NCBI GenBank assembly: GCA_963773925.1
Contig: CAVZDC010000001.1
Location: 88,823-152,822, forward strand
Origin: Pirellulales bacterium
GTDB taxonomy: Bacteria > Planctomycetota > Planctomycetia > Pirellulales > JADZDJ01
DNA length: 64,000 nucleotides
Reading direction: 5' to 3'
Both the position numbers and the translations under genes were made by a program. A model generated the notes under the pieces. The model worked only from the letters and a program-made list of their open reading frames with translations, did not search any database and was not told the DNA's origin. Below, one piece after another: positions 21,405-33,162 of this stretch. Position 1 is the first letter of the stretch, and each line of letters opens with the position of its first letter.

Positions 21405-23118
21405 AGTTCCGACTGCTTCAGTCGCCAGCCTCCGCCGTCTGCTCTGTCTTCTGCTTTCTGCCTTCTGCATTCGCCCTCTCCGTCCTTCCCCGCCTCCGCC
21501 ACCACCTCGGGCTTCGTCAAATGCAAATCGTGCCCGTGGTCGGCGGTCACAATGAGCGCGGTATCGTTCCAGCCGCCGTGCGCTTCCACCCAGTCGGTCA
21601 CTGCGCGCACGGCATCATCGCCATCTAGCACCGTGCCGATCGAATTGTCCAGATTGTTGTCGTGATTGGCCCAGTCCACGTCGCCGGCCTCGATCATCAA
21701 CCAAAAGCCGTTGGGGTTTTTCGATAGCACCGTCAGCGCCGCGGTGGCGATGTTGGCCAGCCGCGGATTCTCGTGCAGATCGGCCGCCGAATACCTCTCC
21801 TCGGTCAGTTTGCGGCCCACCGTCGGGTCAAAATTTCCGTCCGCCGTGCGATACGGCAGATGGCTGTTTTTGCCGGCAGTGCCAAAAATCCCCAACAAGC
21901 GCCATCCGTTGGCGGCGGCCTCGTCGGCGGCCGATTCCAAAGCTTCCTTGCCCGTCTACCCCGGCCGTGCGCTGCACCACTCGATAACGCCCCCCGTTTC
22001 GCACATCCACCGCTTTCAAATCGTCCGCCGCGATGTATTTCAAACCCGGCACAAAGTTCGTCCCTTGTTTAGTGCCCGACCGATCGTATTCGTGCCAGCC
22101 GGTGCCGATCAGCACATCCAGTCCCGGCAGCGGCTCTTCGCGATGCGAAATGCTGCGCAGCCCCAACAGGTCGCGCGCCAGGTCCTGATAGTCGTCACGA
22201 TGCACGTTGTTCGCGTACGCCGTGGCGGGCGTGGCATGGCTAATCGGCACGCTCGTCACCGCCCCCACCGAAAATCCCTTTCGCTGCAATTGCCGCCCAA
22301 TCGTTTCGACCTGCCGCCCGTCGGAATCCACGTTGATCGCATCGTCGTAGGTCTTTACACCACTGCACAGCGACGTGCCGGCCGACGACGAATCGGTGTA
22401 CGCATGCGGGCACTCTCGGTCTTTGGAAATCACATACGACGGATCGCGCTCCGGTCCCCACGGCGTATCGCCGCCGCGCCGCCAACTGTAGCCGCCTTTG
22501 TGTGTGCCCCCCGGGTTGATCACGGTTTGCGCATCCACGTCCACCTCCGTGCCGGTATTGCGCGGACTGGTGACGAAATAGCCGAAATCGGTTGCCGCGC
22601 CGCGATAATCCTGGAAATGCAACCCGCTTCCGCGCCCTTGGCGATACTTCACCTCGCCGCTGCGATAAACGGCCGCCGCCTGCGTGGTTTGCCAATCCAT
22701 CCCGTCGAAAATCACCAGGATGATTCGCTTTTTCCCCTGCGCCGCGGCGGCTTGTTGCAGCCGATAGATGTCGGTTTCGTCGAAATATCCGGCCTGCGGA
22801 TTGAGCGTTTCCGTGGGCAGATATCCGTACAATTGTTCCAGTCGCTCGCGGCTGCGATACGGGCTGTGCTCGCCGCGCACGCTGGCCAGATCGATGCCGA
22901 AGGTGTACACCGGAATCAATCGGTTGGAATGGTTGCCCCATGCCGGTGTACTTCGTCGGCCGCGGTCCCCAGTAGCCCCAATCGGCGTAATCCTGCGAAA
23001 TCGCCTCCGCCTGCAGATTGCGGATTGCATCGGCCGTGGTCGGCGCCGAAACAAGCAGGCGCAAACCGAACAGCCCAACCACAGCCCCGCCGATAAGAAG
23101 CAACCGTGCGCGAAACAT
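21374..23118 (-). CDS. alkaline phosphatase family protein (at least two apparent frameshifts, 3' end uncertain)
   Basis: Pieces 22240..23166 (signal [18 protein letters not shown]), 21828..23135 ([20 protein letters not shown]) and 21374..21940 ([19 protein letters not shown]). The breaks are near 22925 and 21945. The last roughly 30 codons are a read-through of a repeat tract. Confidence 0.75.
21438..21507. repeat. TTCTGCC-family 7-nt tract between cyclophilin and phosphatase genes
   Basis: TCTGCTC TGTCTTC TGCTTTC TGCCTTC TGCATTC GCCCTCT CCGTCCT TCCCCGC CTCCGCC ACCACCT. Positions 21447-21466 are identical to 42292-42311 (20 nt). Confidence 0.75.
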
Positions 23119-23147
23119 CGAATATAGAATTCCAAGGCGGGACGTAG

Positions 23148-24296
<1,149 letters not shown>

Positions 24297-24311
24297 TCCA
24301 CTTCGTCTACC

Positions 24312-25114
24312 ATGCCTCCCCTCATCGCCGTCGATATTGGCAACACCCGCGTAAAGCTCGGGCTCTTCGACGCTCCGGCGTCGGATACGAATCTGCCGGT
24401 GCCGCGCACAACTCTGACGTTGCCTGCGCCCGAATGGGACGACTCGCAACTGCGCCGATGGCTCGAGCCGGTGCCGGCGGAGGCCACGTGGTGGCTGGCC
24501 AGCGTCAATCGCCCGGCCGCGAAGCGGATGATGGAATGGCTGGCACCGATTGCGCATCGAACAATCGCTGCCCGCCACGGCCGCCCCGCTTCCGCGCGTA
24601 TTGTCGCATTCCGACGTACCCATCGTCGCCGCCGTCGAGCATCCCGACCAGGTGGGCATCGATCGCTTGGCCGGCGCCGCGGCGGCCAATCGCCTGCGCG
24701 ATCCCTCGCGCGCTTGCATCATCATCGACGCCGGCAGCGCCATCACCGTCGACCTGGTCTCCGCCGACGGAATCTTCCGCGGCGGCGCCATCCTGCCGGG
24801 CATTGGCCTCTCGGCCCGTGCGCTGAACCAGTTCACTGATCTATTGCCTCGCATTCCGATGGAAGAACTCGACGAACCCCCGCCGGCACTGGGCACTTCC
24901 ACCGTCGCGGCCATTCACAGCGGCCTGTTTTGGGGCGCCGTGGGCGCCATCCGCGAAATGATCGCTCAACTTTCGCAACCGCTCAGGCACAAAGCCCGAA
25001 ATCTTCCTCACCGGCGGGGCAGCGCCATCGGTGGCCGCCACGCTCGACCCCGCCGCCCGACACGTGGAACACCTCGTCCTCAGCGGCATCGCATTAGCCA
25101 AAGATTCGCAATAG
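24312..25114 (+). CDS. coaX: type III pantothenate kinase (two apparent frameshifts)
   Basis: MPPLIAVDIGNTRVKLGLF, PDQVGIDRLAGAAAA, IIIDAGSAITVDLV, GGAILPGIGL, TVAAIHSGL, then EIFLTGGAA...LVLSGIAL in a third frame. The breaks are near 24540 and 24988. Confidence 0.85.
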
Positions 25115-25128
25115 GTCGTACGTCAGAG

Positions 25129-25162
25129 TTTCTGCCATCTGCTTTCTGCGTTCTGCCTTTCC
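25129..25162 (+). repeat. TTCTGC heptamer tract abutting the mnmE start
   Basis: TTTCTGC CATCTGC TTTCTGC GTTCTGC ctttcc-ATG. Confidence 0.8.
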
Positions 25163-26289
25163 ATGCCCACTACCGCCGCCATCCTTACGCCCGCCGGCCG
25201 CGGCGCAGTTGCAGTGATCGCGGTCGACGGACCGCAAGCCGCGCAGGTGGTCGAGAAATTCCTGCATACGCGCAGCGAGGCAAGCTTCGCCCAACTGCCG
25301 CTGGGCCAAATCATTTACCGCCGCTGGGGTAGTGAGCCCACCGAAGACGTAATCGCTTGTCGCCGCAGCGCCTCTCAGATCGAAATCCATTGTCACGGCG
25401 GCACGGTCGCGGCCCAACGCATTTTGGACGATTTAAACTCCGCCGGCGCAGCCATCCAACACTGGGCCGACTGGATCGGCCAACACGAACCACCGCCATT
25501 CGCGCCGCCGCCCGCGCCGCGTTGGCCCACGCCACGACGCACCGTGCCGCGTCAATCTTGCTCGATCAATATCACGGCGCGCTGGAGGTCGCGCTGCGCC
25601 AAATCGTCACACAACTCGATTCTGATCCGACCTCAGCCGAAGCTGATCTAACGCAATTGCTGGCCCGCGCACCCCTCGGCTTGCATCTGACCAAGCCTTG
25701 GCAGATCGTGATTGCCGGACCGCCCAATGTCGGCAAAAGCAGCCTGCTGAACGCATTTGTGGGTTACCAGCGAGCGATCGTCTTCGACCAGCCCGGAACC
25801 ACCCGCGATGTCGTCACCGCCGCCACTGCCATCGACGGCTGGCCTGTGCAAGTTTCCGACACCGCCGGTCTGCGTTCTTCCGCCGACCCGTTGGAAACCG
25901 CCGGCGCCGACAGTGCCGCCCAGCAAGCCCGGGCCGCCGACTGTTTATTGCTGGTGTTCGACGCGTCGCAACACTGGACCGCCGGCAATCAGCAACTGAT
26001 CGATGCTTGGCCACAAGCAGTCGTCGTCGGAAATAAGTGCGATTATCGCCGCTGATCGCTCACTCATTGCCCGGCCATGCACCTCACCAGCGCGCTAACC
26101 GGAGAAGGAATCGAAGCCCTACTGCAAAAAATTGCCGCACGCCTGGTTTCCCTCGATCTTCGCCCCGGCGATGCGGTCCCATTTTGCCAATCGCAAGTCG
26201 ACAATCTCCATCGCGCCAAAGAAGCCCTAAGCCGCAACGACATTCCCAAACCGCATTGCTGCACTGCTGCTGCTATCACTGCTGGCTAA
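25163..26289 (+). CDS. mnmE: tRNA-modification GTPase MnmE-like (about three apparent frameshifts; atypical C-terminus)
   Basis: TAAILTPAGRGAVAVIAV (N domain) and IVIAGPPNVGKSSLLNAF...GTTRDVV...DTAGLR...VVVGNKCD (G domain). The breaks are near 25490, 26043 and 26072. No C-terminal C-[ILV]-G-K motif is seen. Confidence 0.75.
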
Positions 26290-26443
26290 AAGCTAACCGC
26301 TAACAGCTCATCTGCTCTAGACCCTGCCCGATTGTGCCGTTATTCTCTGCCTCCTGCGCCGTCGTGCGCAGCTTTCGTGCACTCGCGCCGTCAGGCAAAT
26401 CATTGTCGAGCGTTCATCGACGGTGTTCAGGGAGGAACACGCG

Positions 26444-28639
26444 ATGGGGTCAACCACAGTCCCGCGCCGGTCACTACAGACCGCGCTCCAAATCCTGCTC
26501 ACCGCCGCAGCGCTGATCGTATGCTGCTGCTTGCCGCTGCGTGCGGCCGACTCGGCCCCCACCCCCGATTCCAGTGAATTGGATTCCGCCGACGATAGCG
26601 CCCAGCCGCCGCGCGATATTCCACTGCCGCGGGCCAGCATCGATCAAACTTCCGACGTGCCGCACCGGGCAGAAACCGCCAAAGACCGCGGAGCGGCTCA
26701 GGAATCTGCCCCGTCCCCCGCGCCCGACGCCCCCAGCGAGGCCGAGGGCTCGGATGCACCAGTTCCTCACTCCGTCCAAATCAAATCGGCTCCCCATCGC
26801 CAACTGCACCATCCGGCGCCGGAAACTCCGCACGAAGCAGCGCCTGAAGAGGCCGATGTGGCCGGCGGCGATTACGAAGAAACCACTGATGCCAGCCCCT
26901 TCGCCGCCACGTTCGACGATCTTCCACCCCCGTCGAGCGTCAAAATCGATGCGGCCACCTTCAACGGCGTGCAGCCTGGAAAGACCACGGCGGCCGAGTT
27001 GATTCAAACCTGGGGCGAGGGCAAAATCGCCTCTCAGCCCGGCGCCGACGAGGTCCGCAGCTACAAGCTAGAATCGTTCCCGCGAATCGACGTCACGCTC
27101 TCTGACAACGTCGTGAAATCCATCGTCATTCAGTTGGCCAAGCCGCTGGGCACCGCCGCCCTGGCCAAGCAACTGCAAATTGCCGACGTGCGCCCCGTCA
27201 ATATTCCCGATGAAAACGGCCAACCGTTGGGCCAGGCGTATCCCGAGCGCGGCGTGCTGCTTACGTTCGCCCCCGGCGGCAAGCTCGCCTCGCACGTGTC
27301 GCTGGAGAACATCGATCTCGAATCGTTCGTCCTGCGTGCCGAAATGAATCTCGACATGCAGTGCCGCCGCAGCCAGGCCGACCTCGACTACGTACTCCAC
27401 CAGCAACCTCAGCATGCCCGGGCGCTGTATTTGCGGGCAAAGCTGCTCTCGTCGCTGGCCCGATACGACGAAGCGCTCACTGCCTGCCAATCGGCGATCG
27501 CAGCCGACAGTAACCAGCCCACTTTCCAGTTGCTCCGCGCGGAAATTCTCGGCCGGCTGGGAAAATACGATCAGGCCGCCGCCGAAACCAAGGATGTGCT
27601 CACCGCCGCCAGTTCCGACGATCTGGAACTCAAAGCCAAGGCCCTCTGCCAACTGGCCGATCTGATCGCCAATAGCCCGGCGCACGACTACAAGCTCGCG
27701 CTCGATCAGCATCTGGCCGCAATCAAAGCCGCCGACCAACTGGCGCACGACAACCGGGCCACGGTCCGCCGCGCCGCCAAATTGGTGCTCATCGATGCTC
27801 ATCTCGGCGCCGCCAGCGACATCGCTTGCGGCACCTTTGGACAAAAGCCGCAAATCATTCCCAAGTGGCTCGACCGCGCCACTTCCTTCGCGGAAAATAT
27901 GATCAACAACGAAAACGCCGATCCCGCGCTCCGCCTGCGCGTGGCTCGCGGCGCGCTGGCCGCCTGCGCGGCGGCCGAAGGCAAAATCGATCCGCTCCCC
28001 TGGACTCGCCAGGCCCTGCAATTGGGCAAGCAGTTGATCGCGGCCGCCGACGATCCCTGGCGCAAACACCGTCTGGAATGGGAATTGGGCGTGGCGCTTT
28101 CCGACGGCCTGACCGCCGACCAGTTCCGCGGCCCCGCTCCGCACGCACTCGACAACGCCACGCTGACGGCTACGTATCTTGAAGAAGGCGCCAAAGGCCG
28201 CCGCGAAAACCCCGAAGACGTTTTCCGCCTCGGCTCGATGTACTACCGCGTCGGCGCCCTGTACGCCGTGCGGCGAAACGACCACAAAACCGCCGTCACC
28301 TGGTACGAGAAAGCGTTCCCGCTTTTAGATCGCCCCATTCCGCCCACTCAGCACGCCCAGCAGGGTCACTACGGCGAATGGTTGGTGAGCATGGGCATTA
28401 GCTATTGGGAAGTGGGCCAACGTCAACTGGCCCTCGATCTTACCGATGCGGGCATGCAGCACATTGAGGAGGCCGTGCACCAGAATCTGATCGAACCCAA
28501 AACGCTCCTGGTTCCCTACAACAACCTTTCGGCCATGCATCAGGCGATGGGACACAGCGCCGAAGCTCGCAACTTCTCCAACATGGCCGCCAAGTTCGAT
28601 ACCTCCGCCAACAAACAGCCGGCCACTATCCACCGCTAA
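26444..28639 (+). CDS. large secreted TPR-like repeat protein (hypothetical)
   Basis: Signal/anchor LQILLTAAALIVCCCLPLRA, an acidic and proline-rich spacer, then TPR-like helices (ALYLRAKLLSSLARYDEALTACQSAIAAD...). This 2.2-kb ORF is intact. Confidence 0.55.
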   Translation: MGSTTVPRRSLQTALQILLTAAALIVCCCLPLRAADSAPTPDSSELDSADDSAQPPRDIPLPRASIDQTSDVPHRAETAKDRGAAQESAPSPAPDAPSEAEGSDAPVPHSVQIKSAPHRQLHHPAPETPHEAAPEEADVAGGDYEETTDASPFAATFDDLPPPSSVKIDAATFNGVQPGKTTAAELIQTWGEGKIASQPGADEVRSYKLESFPRIDVTLSDNVVKSIVIQLAKPLGTAALAKQLQIADVRPVNIPDENGQPLGQAYPERGVLLTFAPGGKLASHVSLENIDLESFVLRAEMNLDMQCRRSQADLDYVLHQQPQHARALYLRAKLLSSLARYDEALTACQSAIAADSNQPTFQLLRAEILGRLGKYDQAAAETKDVLTAASSDDLELKAKALCQLADLIANSPAHDYKLALDQHLAAIKAADQLAHDNRATVRRAAKLVLIDAHLGAASDIACGTFGQKPQIIPKWLDRATSFAENMINNENADPALRLRVARGALAACAAAEGKIDPLPWTRQALQLGKQLIAAADDPWRKHRLEWELGVALSDGLTADQFRGPAPHALDNATLTATYLEEGAKGRRENPEDVFRLGSMYYRVGALYAVRRNDHKTAVTWYEKAFPLLDRPIPPTQHAQQGHYGEWLVSMGISYWEVGQRQLALDLTDAGMQHIEEAVHQNLIEPKTLLVPYNNLSAMHQAMGHSAEARNFSNMAAKFDTSANKQPATIHR

Positions 28640-28702
28640 TCTGCTGCTCTGGCCGAACGTTGGCTGCTGCCTGCTTCGCGCTCTTCGCGCCTTCGCGGTT
28701 AA
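28640..28702. repeat. 7-nt tract filling a convergent spacer
   Basis: ..TGGCTGC TGCCTGC TTCGCGC TCTTCGC GCCTTCG CGGTTAA. Confidence 0.55.
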
Positions 28703-29500
28703 TTCTTCGCAAACTGCGTCACCAGCCGTACAAACTCGTCGGCCTTCTCGTACGGCAACATGTGCCCGCAGTGGTCGAACGTTTCCAACCGCGCTCCCGG
28801 AATGTGCTCGGCATAGTACCGCGCGTGTGCCGGTGGAATCAGTTTGTCGTCGCGCCCGCAGATCAACCAACGTCGGACACCGCACCCGCCGCAAATGCTG
28901 CGGCAATTTTGGATCGTGCAAGTACGGGTTCCAGCCCACTCGCGCCGTCGCTTCCCGGGCTCGCAAAAACATCAGCAGTTGCAGCTCGGTAGGTTCCAGC
29001 GGGGCGACTTCCAGTGCGACTGGCCCAAACGGATCAAAAAACAACATCCTCCGAAGTTTATCCAAATCGTCGATGAACCACTCCGCCATCGGAGCGTCCG
29101 GCAAGTGCAACCCCGCCGGATTCGCCATCACCAGTTTGCCCACCAACTCCGGCCGCAAAATCGCCAGTTCCACTCCCAGCCAGCCGCCGAGCGAAAATCC
29201 CACCACCGGCACATTGCGCAAATCGAATTGCTCGAAAAAATCGACGTAGTGCCAGGCCAAATCCTGAATGTTGTCGATCTGATCCAGCCCTTCCGAAAGC
29301 GAAAACCCCGGATGCGCCGGCGCGATCACCGAAAAACTCCGCGCCAGCCCGTCGTGAAACGCCGTCCACTCCATCTCGCCGCCGGCGCTGTGCAAATACA
29401 CCAGCGGCGGCCCCTTCCCGCCGCGCATCACCTGCGTCTTCTTCCCGGCAATGGTGACGAAATCAGTCGTATTCTCAACTTGCGTCATGATGAATGTCAT
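28699..29500 (-). CDS. alpha/beta-fold hydrolase (one apparent frameshift)
   Basis: PPLVYLHSAGG...VVGFSLGGWL (nucleophile elbow). After a break near 28868 the corrected tail is CGRDDKLIPPAHARYYAEHIPGARLETFDHCGHMLPYEKADEFVRLVTQFAKN* (stop 28699-28701). Confidence 0.75.
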
Positions 29501-30657
29501 TAAACTGCCGCGGCCGCCGGCTGCAATTCTTTCCGCAACGCCGGCAAAACTTCTTTGGCGAACATCGTCATGTTTTTCTTCGTCAAATCCGCCGGCAAGC
29601 TGCCCAACTGGAACAGCCCCAGCAAATTTCCGACGCCCAGCTTCTTCACATACTCGATCAACCGATCGCGCACCGTCGCCGGGCTTCCCACAATCGCATA
29701 CGCTCCTTCTTCCACCTGTTTGCGCGTGGTCACCGTGCTTAGGAACTTATCCTTCGCCTTGTTGATCACCGCGATCGATTGCACGCTGGTGTATCCCGGC
29801 GGCAAAATCGTCAGCCCCTTCAGCAGCTTCCGCGCAAAATACCACAAGTGCTGCTCGTATTCAGCCCACGCCTTCTCGTCGTTTTCCGCCACGTAAATCG
29901 GCAACAGCCAACCCAACTGCTCCGGATCGGCTGTGTACCCCGCCTTCTCGGCGCTCTTGCGGAACAGATCGAAATTGCGCTGGAAGAAATCGATGTGGAA
30001 ATACGGAATGCCCATGTAACTCCAGCGCTTGGCCGCCACGTACTCGATCGTCTCCTTGCTCCCCGCCCCGGGAATCCAAATCGGCGGATGCGGCTGCTGC
30101 AGCGGCCGCGGCCAGGGATTCACGTACTTCAGCTTCCAATGCTTTCCGTAATGTTCAAACGGACCCGGTCTCCGTCCATGCGCGAATAATCAAATCGACC
30201 GCCTCCTGATACATGCTGCGGGCAAACGTCGGATTGATCGTGAAGCTGTAATATTCCGGGCCGCCGCCGACCACCAACCCCGCAATCAACCGCCCGCCGC
30301 TGATCACGTCGATCATCGCGTATTCTTCGGCCACGCGCGTCGGCGGATTGTAAAGCGGCAGGGCGTTGCCGATTACCGCAATCTTCACCCGCTTCGTTTG
30401 CCGCGCAGAATCGCCCCCATCAAGTTCGGGCTCGGCATCGTGCCGTAGGCATTCTGATGATGCTCGTTGATGCACACGCCGTCGAACCCCAACTCGTCGG
30501 CCAGCACCAACTCGTCCAGATACCGGTTGTACAACTCATGCCCATGCTTCGGCTCATACATGCTATTGGGCAGCCAGGTCCAAGCCGATTCATACTTCGT
30601 CTCAAAATCGGCCGGCAACCGATCCCACGGCATCAAATGAAAAGTGAAGAATTTCAT
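29500..30657 (-). CDS. LLM-class (luciferase-like) flavin-dependent oxidoreductase (two apparent frameshifts)
   Basis: Pieces 30385..30771 (MKFFTFHLMPW...GFDGVCINEHH), 30155..30475 (KIAVIGNALPLYNP..VAEEYAMIDVISGGRL) and 29500..30123. The breaks are near 30413 and 30163. Its TAA overlaps the hydrolase ATG (TAATG). Confidence 0.8.
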
Positions 30658-30677
30658 CGCTCGATTTTGTTTCAGAG

Positions 30678-30697
30678 CCGGACTGTCCTCAGTCCGG
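30678..30697. repeat. REP-like hairpin, copy 1
   Basis: CCGGACTG-tcct-CAGTCCGG. It belongs to the same family as 32003-32022, with a compensatory base-pair change. Confidence 0.55.
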
Positions 30698-30796
30698 TTT
30701 CGTTTAGCCGCGACGCGCAGTCCTCGAAGCGCCAGCGCGTGTCGGGCCCCATAGTTTGGCAGAGCTCTCACACCCCATCAAGCCCCGGCGCTTCGC

Positions 30797-30830
30797 ATTC
30801 CCCATTCCCCACTCCCCTTTCCCCATTACA
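30797..30830 (+). repeat. ATTCCCC heptamer tract abutting the sulfotransferase start
   Basis: ATTCCCC ATTCCCC ACTCCCC TTTCCCC attaca-ATG. Confidence 0.8.
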
Positions 30831-31992
30831 ATGACCCGATGTCCCAACCGCCGTCCAATCTCACCCAAGCCCGCGCTGAAGAAAAAACTCAAGCTCAACG
30901 CCTACCCCTTCTACGCGCCCCGCTTTTGGAGCGGCATGCGACTGGGCGATTGGTGGAAGGTCATGCGCGCGCGGCCACTTCCGCATTCATCCGCTGCGCA
31001 TCTGCATGGCGTTTTTGATCACGCTATGCGCCATCATCAATTCGTGCTGGGCGTTCCTGCAGCGGTTGATCTACGACCGCCGCATCGCCGCCACCGAAAT
31101 CACCCAGCCGCCGATTTTCATCATCGGCCATTGGCGCAGCGGCACCACCTACCTGCACGAACTGATGGTCCGCGACGAACGCTTCGCCTATCCCACCTAC
31201 TACGAATGCTTCGAGCCGAACCATTTTCTGGTCACCGGCTGGTTCGCCCCCACGCTGCTTTGGCCGCTGTTGCCCGGCAAACGACCGATGGACAACATGC
31301 CCACCGGCTGGCACCGCCCGCAGGAAGACGAATTTGCGCTGGTTGACGATGGGCGCCCCCACGCCCTACTGCCGCATGGCCTATCCCAACGACCCGCCGC
31401 CGTTCAACGAATTCCTGGACATGGACGGCTGCCAGCCGGAAGACCTCGATCGCTGGCGGCACGACATCAAGTACTTCGTCCAAGCCCTCACAATGAAAAG
31501 AGGCAAGCGGCTGATCATGAAATCGCCGCCGCACACCGGCCGCATCGAAGAACTCTCGCGCCTCTTCCCGGCGCGAAGTTCATCCACATCGTCCGCGATC
31601 CCTACACCATTTTCCCCAGCACCCGCCGCTTGTGGGTCTCCTTAGATTGGCCCCAAGGCCTGCAGCACCCGCACGATCGCAACCTCGACGAATACGTGTT
31701 CGCCTCGTTCGAACGCATGTACCGCGGCTTCAACCGCCAGCGCGAGAAAATCGTCCCCTCGCAACTCTGCGAAATCCGCTACGAAGACTTGGTGCGCGAT
31801 CCCGTCGGCCAGGTCCGCACCATTTACGAGAAGCTCGAACTAGGCGACTTCGAGCACGTCCGCCCGCAGCTAGAAGCGTACGCGGGCCAGCAAAAAGATT
31901 ACCAGGTCAACCGCCACGACCTGGAACCCGAACTCCGCAGCGAAATCCGCCGCCGCTGGTCCGACTACTTCATCCGCTACGGCTACGAGTAA
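30831..31992 (+). CDS. sulfotransferase-family protein (three apparent frameshifts)
   Basis: PPIFIIGHWRSGTTYLHELM (PAPS 5'-phosphosulfate loop) and KSPPHTGRIEEL..FP.AKFIHIVRDPY. Pieces 30756.., 31006..31992 and 31334..31645. The breaks are near 30970, 31340 and 31572. Confidence 0.7.
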
Positions 31993-32002
31993 ACCATCCG
32001 AG

Positions 32003-32022
32003 CCGGGCTGTCCTCAGCCCGG
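32003..32022. repeat. REP-like hairpin, copy 2 (also positioned as a bidirectional terminator)
   Basis: CCGGGCTG-tcct-CAGCCCGG, immediately after the sulfotransferase stop and 35 nt from the convergent activator stop. Confidence 0.55.
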
Positions 32023-32025
32023 ATC

Positions 32026-32060
32026 ATTCTGCATTTTGCAATCTGCACTTTCATCCTCAC
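32026..32060. repeat. 7-nt tract after the hairpin
   Basis: ATTCTGC ATTTTGC AATCTGC ACTTTCA TCCTCAC. Confidence 0.6.
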
Positions 32061-33118
32061 TCCCCCGCTTCTTCCAGCCCATATTCTTTGAGCTTCTTGT
32101 GCAGCGTATTCCGGTTAATTCCCAACCGGGCAGCCGCCTTCGTCTGCACGTTGTCGCACGCCGCCATCACCTGCGCGATCAACTCTCGCTCCACGCGATT
32201 GACGATCTTGGTGTGTAAACTGTCTTCATTCGCGCCGGCCGCGCCAACGCCTTGCTGCACTAATTCCGAAGCGAGCGTCTCCAAATCAACCGTCGCTCCC
32301 GCACGCCGCGAATGGCCACGCCCCTTGCCCTCTCCCAAAAGCGCCGGCGCCAGCAGGTCGCACGTCAGCGTATCGCCGGTCGCCATTACCACGGCCCGCT
32401 CGATCACATTCTGCAACTCACGGACGTTCCCCGGCCAGTGATAACCCTCCAGCGCCTCCTTGGCCTTCTTTTCGACCTCTTTCACTTTCCGATCATTTTC
32501 CTCGTTATACAACCCAAGAAAATGGCTCACCAACTCCGCAATATCCTCGCGCCGCTGCCGCAAAGGCGGCAACCGAATCGGCACCACGTTCAGCCGGTAA
32601 TAAAGATCCTCGCGGAACTCATGCTTATCGACCAGGTCGTGCAAATCATGATTGCTCGCTGCAATCACCCGCACATCCACGCGAATGGTCTGCGTGTCGC
32701 CGACGCGCTCAAACTCCCGCTCCTGCAGCACTCGCAGCAATTTGATCTGTAGCTTCTGCGTGGTCGAGCTAATCTCGTCTAGAAAAATCGTCCCGGTATG
32801 CGCCGCCTCAAATCGCCCCGTGCGATTATTAATCGCCCCGGTGAACGACCCGCGCACGTGCCCGAACAATTCGCTCTCCAGCAAACTCTCCGAAAGTGCC
32901 CCGCAATTCACCCGCACAAACGGCCCACTGCCGCGGGGGCTAAGCTCATGAATCGCCTTCGCGATCAATTCCTTTCCGGTGCCCGTTTCCCCCAACAGCA
33001 GCACCGACGCCCGCGAAGAAGCCACTTGCCGCGTGAGCCGGTAAACTTCCTGCATCGCCGCGCCTGAGCCGATAATTCCATCAATCGGCGGACCATTCTG
33101 TGATTCGTGGGCGGCCAT
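32057..33118 (-). CDS. sigma-54-dependent transcriptional activator (AAA+ plus Fis-type HTH, no N-terminal sensory or receiver domain)
   Basis: GETGTGKELIAKAIH (Walker A), GSFTGA loop, TIFLDEI (Walker B), RVIAASN, EDLYYRLNV, WPGNVRELQN and a C-terminal AAARLGINRNTLHKKLKEYGL. Only about 13 aa precede the AAA+ core. Confidence 0.9.
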   Translation of the reverse strand: MAAHESQNGPPIDGIIGSGAAMQEVYRLTRQVASSRASVLLLGETGTGKELIAKAIHELSPRGSGPFVRVNCGALSESLLESELFGHVRGSFTGAINNRTGRFEAAHTGTIFLDEISSTTQKLQIKLLRVLQEREFERVGDTQTIRVDVRVIAASNHDLHDLVDKHEFREDLYYRLNVVPIRLPPLRQRREDIAELVSHFLGLYNEENDRKVKEVEKKAKEALEGYHWPGNVRELQNVIERAVVMATGDTLTCDLLAPALLGEGKGRGHSRRAGATVDLETLASELVQQGVGAAGANEDSLHTKIVNRVERELIAQVMAACDNVQTKAAARLGINRNTLHKKLKEYGLEEAGE

Positions 33119-33120
33119 GA

Positions 33121-33162
33121 CAGGGCACTAGGGGCGAGGGACTAGAGACGAGGGGCGTGACA
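33121..33162 (-). repeat. CCCCTCG-type 7-nt tract spanning the HEAT-gene stop and abutting the activator start
   Basis: The sense strand reads TGTCACG CCCCTCG TCTCTAG TCCCTCG CCCCTAG TGCCCTG tc-ATG. Confidence 0.7.
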
